The notes below the pieces were generated by a model that worked only from the letters and a program-made list of their open reading frames with translations, did not search any database and was not told the DNA's origin. Below are positions 62,749 to 64,000 of a stretch of 64,000 nt of DNA, piece after piece (the stretch's first letter is position 1; each line of letters opens with the position of its first letter). Both the position numbers and the translations under genes were made by a program. The stretch is from assembly GCA_964658305.1 (NCBI GenBank), contig OZ210885.1:8804001-8868000 (forward strand), read 5' to 3'. This stretch comes from Leptogorgia sarmentosa (lineage: Eukaryota).

Positions 62749-63909
62749 TCATTTATGTTCATATAGCCTTGTTTTGGTAGCCATGTGTCTTCCAGCCTTT
62801 TTTGCTACTGGCTCATTTTGTCGCACATTCTCGGCAAAATTGTGTGCACGTTTGGCACGGCCAGCTTGCTTTTGAAATGGATTGTTTCTCACCAGTTGAC
62901 CTTTGTTTTGTTGTCTTCTTGATCCAGTTTTATTCTTTCTACGCTTTACTGCTTCTGGCTGCACATGGATCTTACCACGTTTTCGCTTTTTCACAATAGA
63001 ATTTGCTGTAAGATGGGTATTATATACACCCTGTGCACCAAAAGAATGGAAACAAGTTGTCAGCTTGGACCTGGGCATTTTTTTCACTCTGTCTGTGAAT
63101 TTCAAGACACCTTTCAAAAAGTTTTGGTCAGCTCCATGCAACTTCCCCTTTAAGATATCTAAGGTTTCCGTCAAGGCTGCAGAGCATTCTTCAACTGAGA
63201 TCATGTCCTGAGGGATGTCTCTTCTCGGTAGAGCTAGAAAATAAAATGACACTAAGCATTATTCTCACCAAGTTTATGACCATGCCAGTTTCTGGCTAAT
63301 ATTAATCAGAATACATAATATATTCAGACCTGTTATGAAAAACATTGTAGCCAATAAAGTTATAAACATCAGTTGCAAGAAGTGACGACCATGCTTATTG
63401 CTTAACCATTGAACATACATGAAGTTTCAGGAGATACATACCTGTCCCTGTAATGTCTCTTTTATCTGTATAATTACAAACATCTGAAGACTGCTCAGCT
63501 GAATCAGGGAGGGTCAAAACTTGATCATGCAGCCCTTCGTAGTATTGCAATGGTAATGACATCCCAATAGCAATCTGTGCATATAATTGTCTCTGTTCTT
63601 TACTGAAAACAGGAAGAAAATTGACTCCATCTGCCAACTTGTGTGCCCAAAGAATGTATTGATGTTTGCAAGGGGAACCATTTATACCAATCTTGCACTG
63701 GCAGATACCAGTTTTCATATCCACTAGGTACTGTATTCCTTCTGTGGTAATACTTGGTACAAGGAATATCCGGTCACCAATTTCAATGGTTTTCTCCACT
63801 GCTAACTTCTGCTCTTCATCATTTGGGATTTGGAATCCAATTCCACCAGCAGTTTTCTTCTCTTTAGCTCCACCTTGGAATCTTCTGCTGTAAATACCAT
63901 CGTATTTGC
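62749..63909 (-). CDS. C-terminal exons (63442-63909, 62749-63233) of a SWIM-finger protein, probably a MULE/Mutator transposase; continues beyond the window
   Basis: YLVDMKTGICQCKIGINGSPCKH SWIM motif and a basic C-terminus. The DDE domain is not in the window. Confidence 0.72.
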
Positions 63910-64000
63910 CTAGACAATGTGTAAATCAAGTTGCAAAGAGAGAGGTGGATAATTACAGCCAAATTGGATTTTCTCTTTGGAGTAATATAAATATTGCAGC

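Overview
Eukaryotic (animal) genomic DNA: AT-rich, with GT-AG introns and many transposons. The repeat types suggest a cnidarian, possibly an octocoral (inference). Contents from left to right: (i) three nested insertions, namely a decayed minus-strand BEL/Pao LTR element, a young BEL/Pao element with identical LTRs inside it, and a non-autonomous TAG...CTA DNA transposon with a 9-bp TSD (Academ-like) inside that; (ii) a cluster of 8 tRNA genes/pseudogenes built from decaying duplicated units; (iii) a 10-exon type I membrane receptor (beta-propeller-like repeats, Ca-binding EGF, TM, Tyr-motif tail) with one apparent frameshift; (iv) a repeat-rich interval (hAT, MITEs, a Penelope-like element); (v) a multi-exon NLR/STAND gene with an N-terminal HEPN-like (R-x4-H) domain, a helical linker, an Apaf-1-type NB-ARC and WD40 repeats. 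One intron of that gene holds a truncated in-frame NACHT-type exon, others hold Crypton-like and Helitron relics, and downstream lie a mini-Polinton and a MULE-like region with a convergent HMG-box/C2H2 gene. The best candidate for a new system is the HEPN-NB-ARC-WD40 gene, which looks like a nuclease-armed Apaf-1-like receptor caught in an ATPase-module swap. All calls are by eye; no database search was run.
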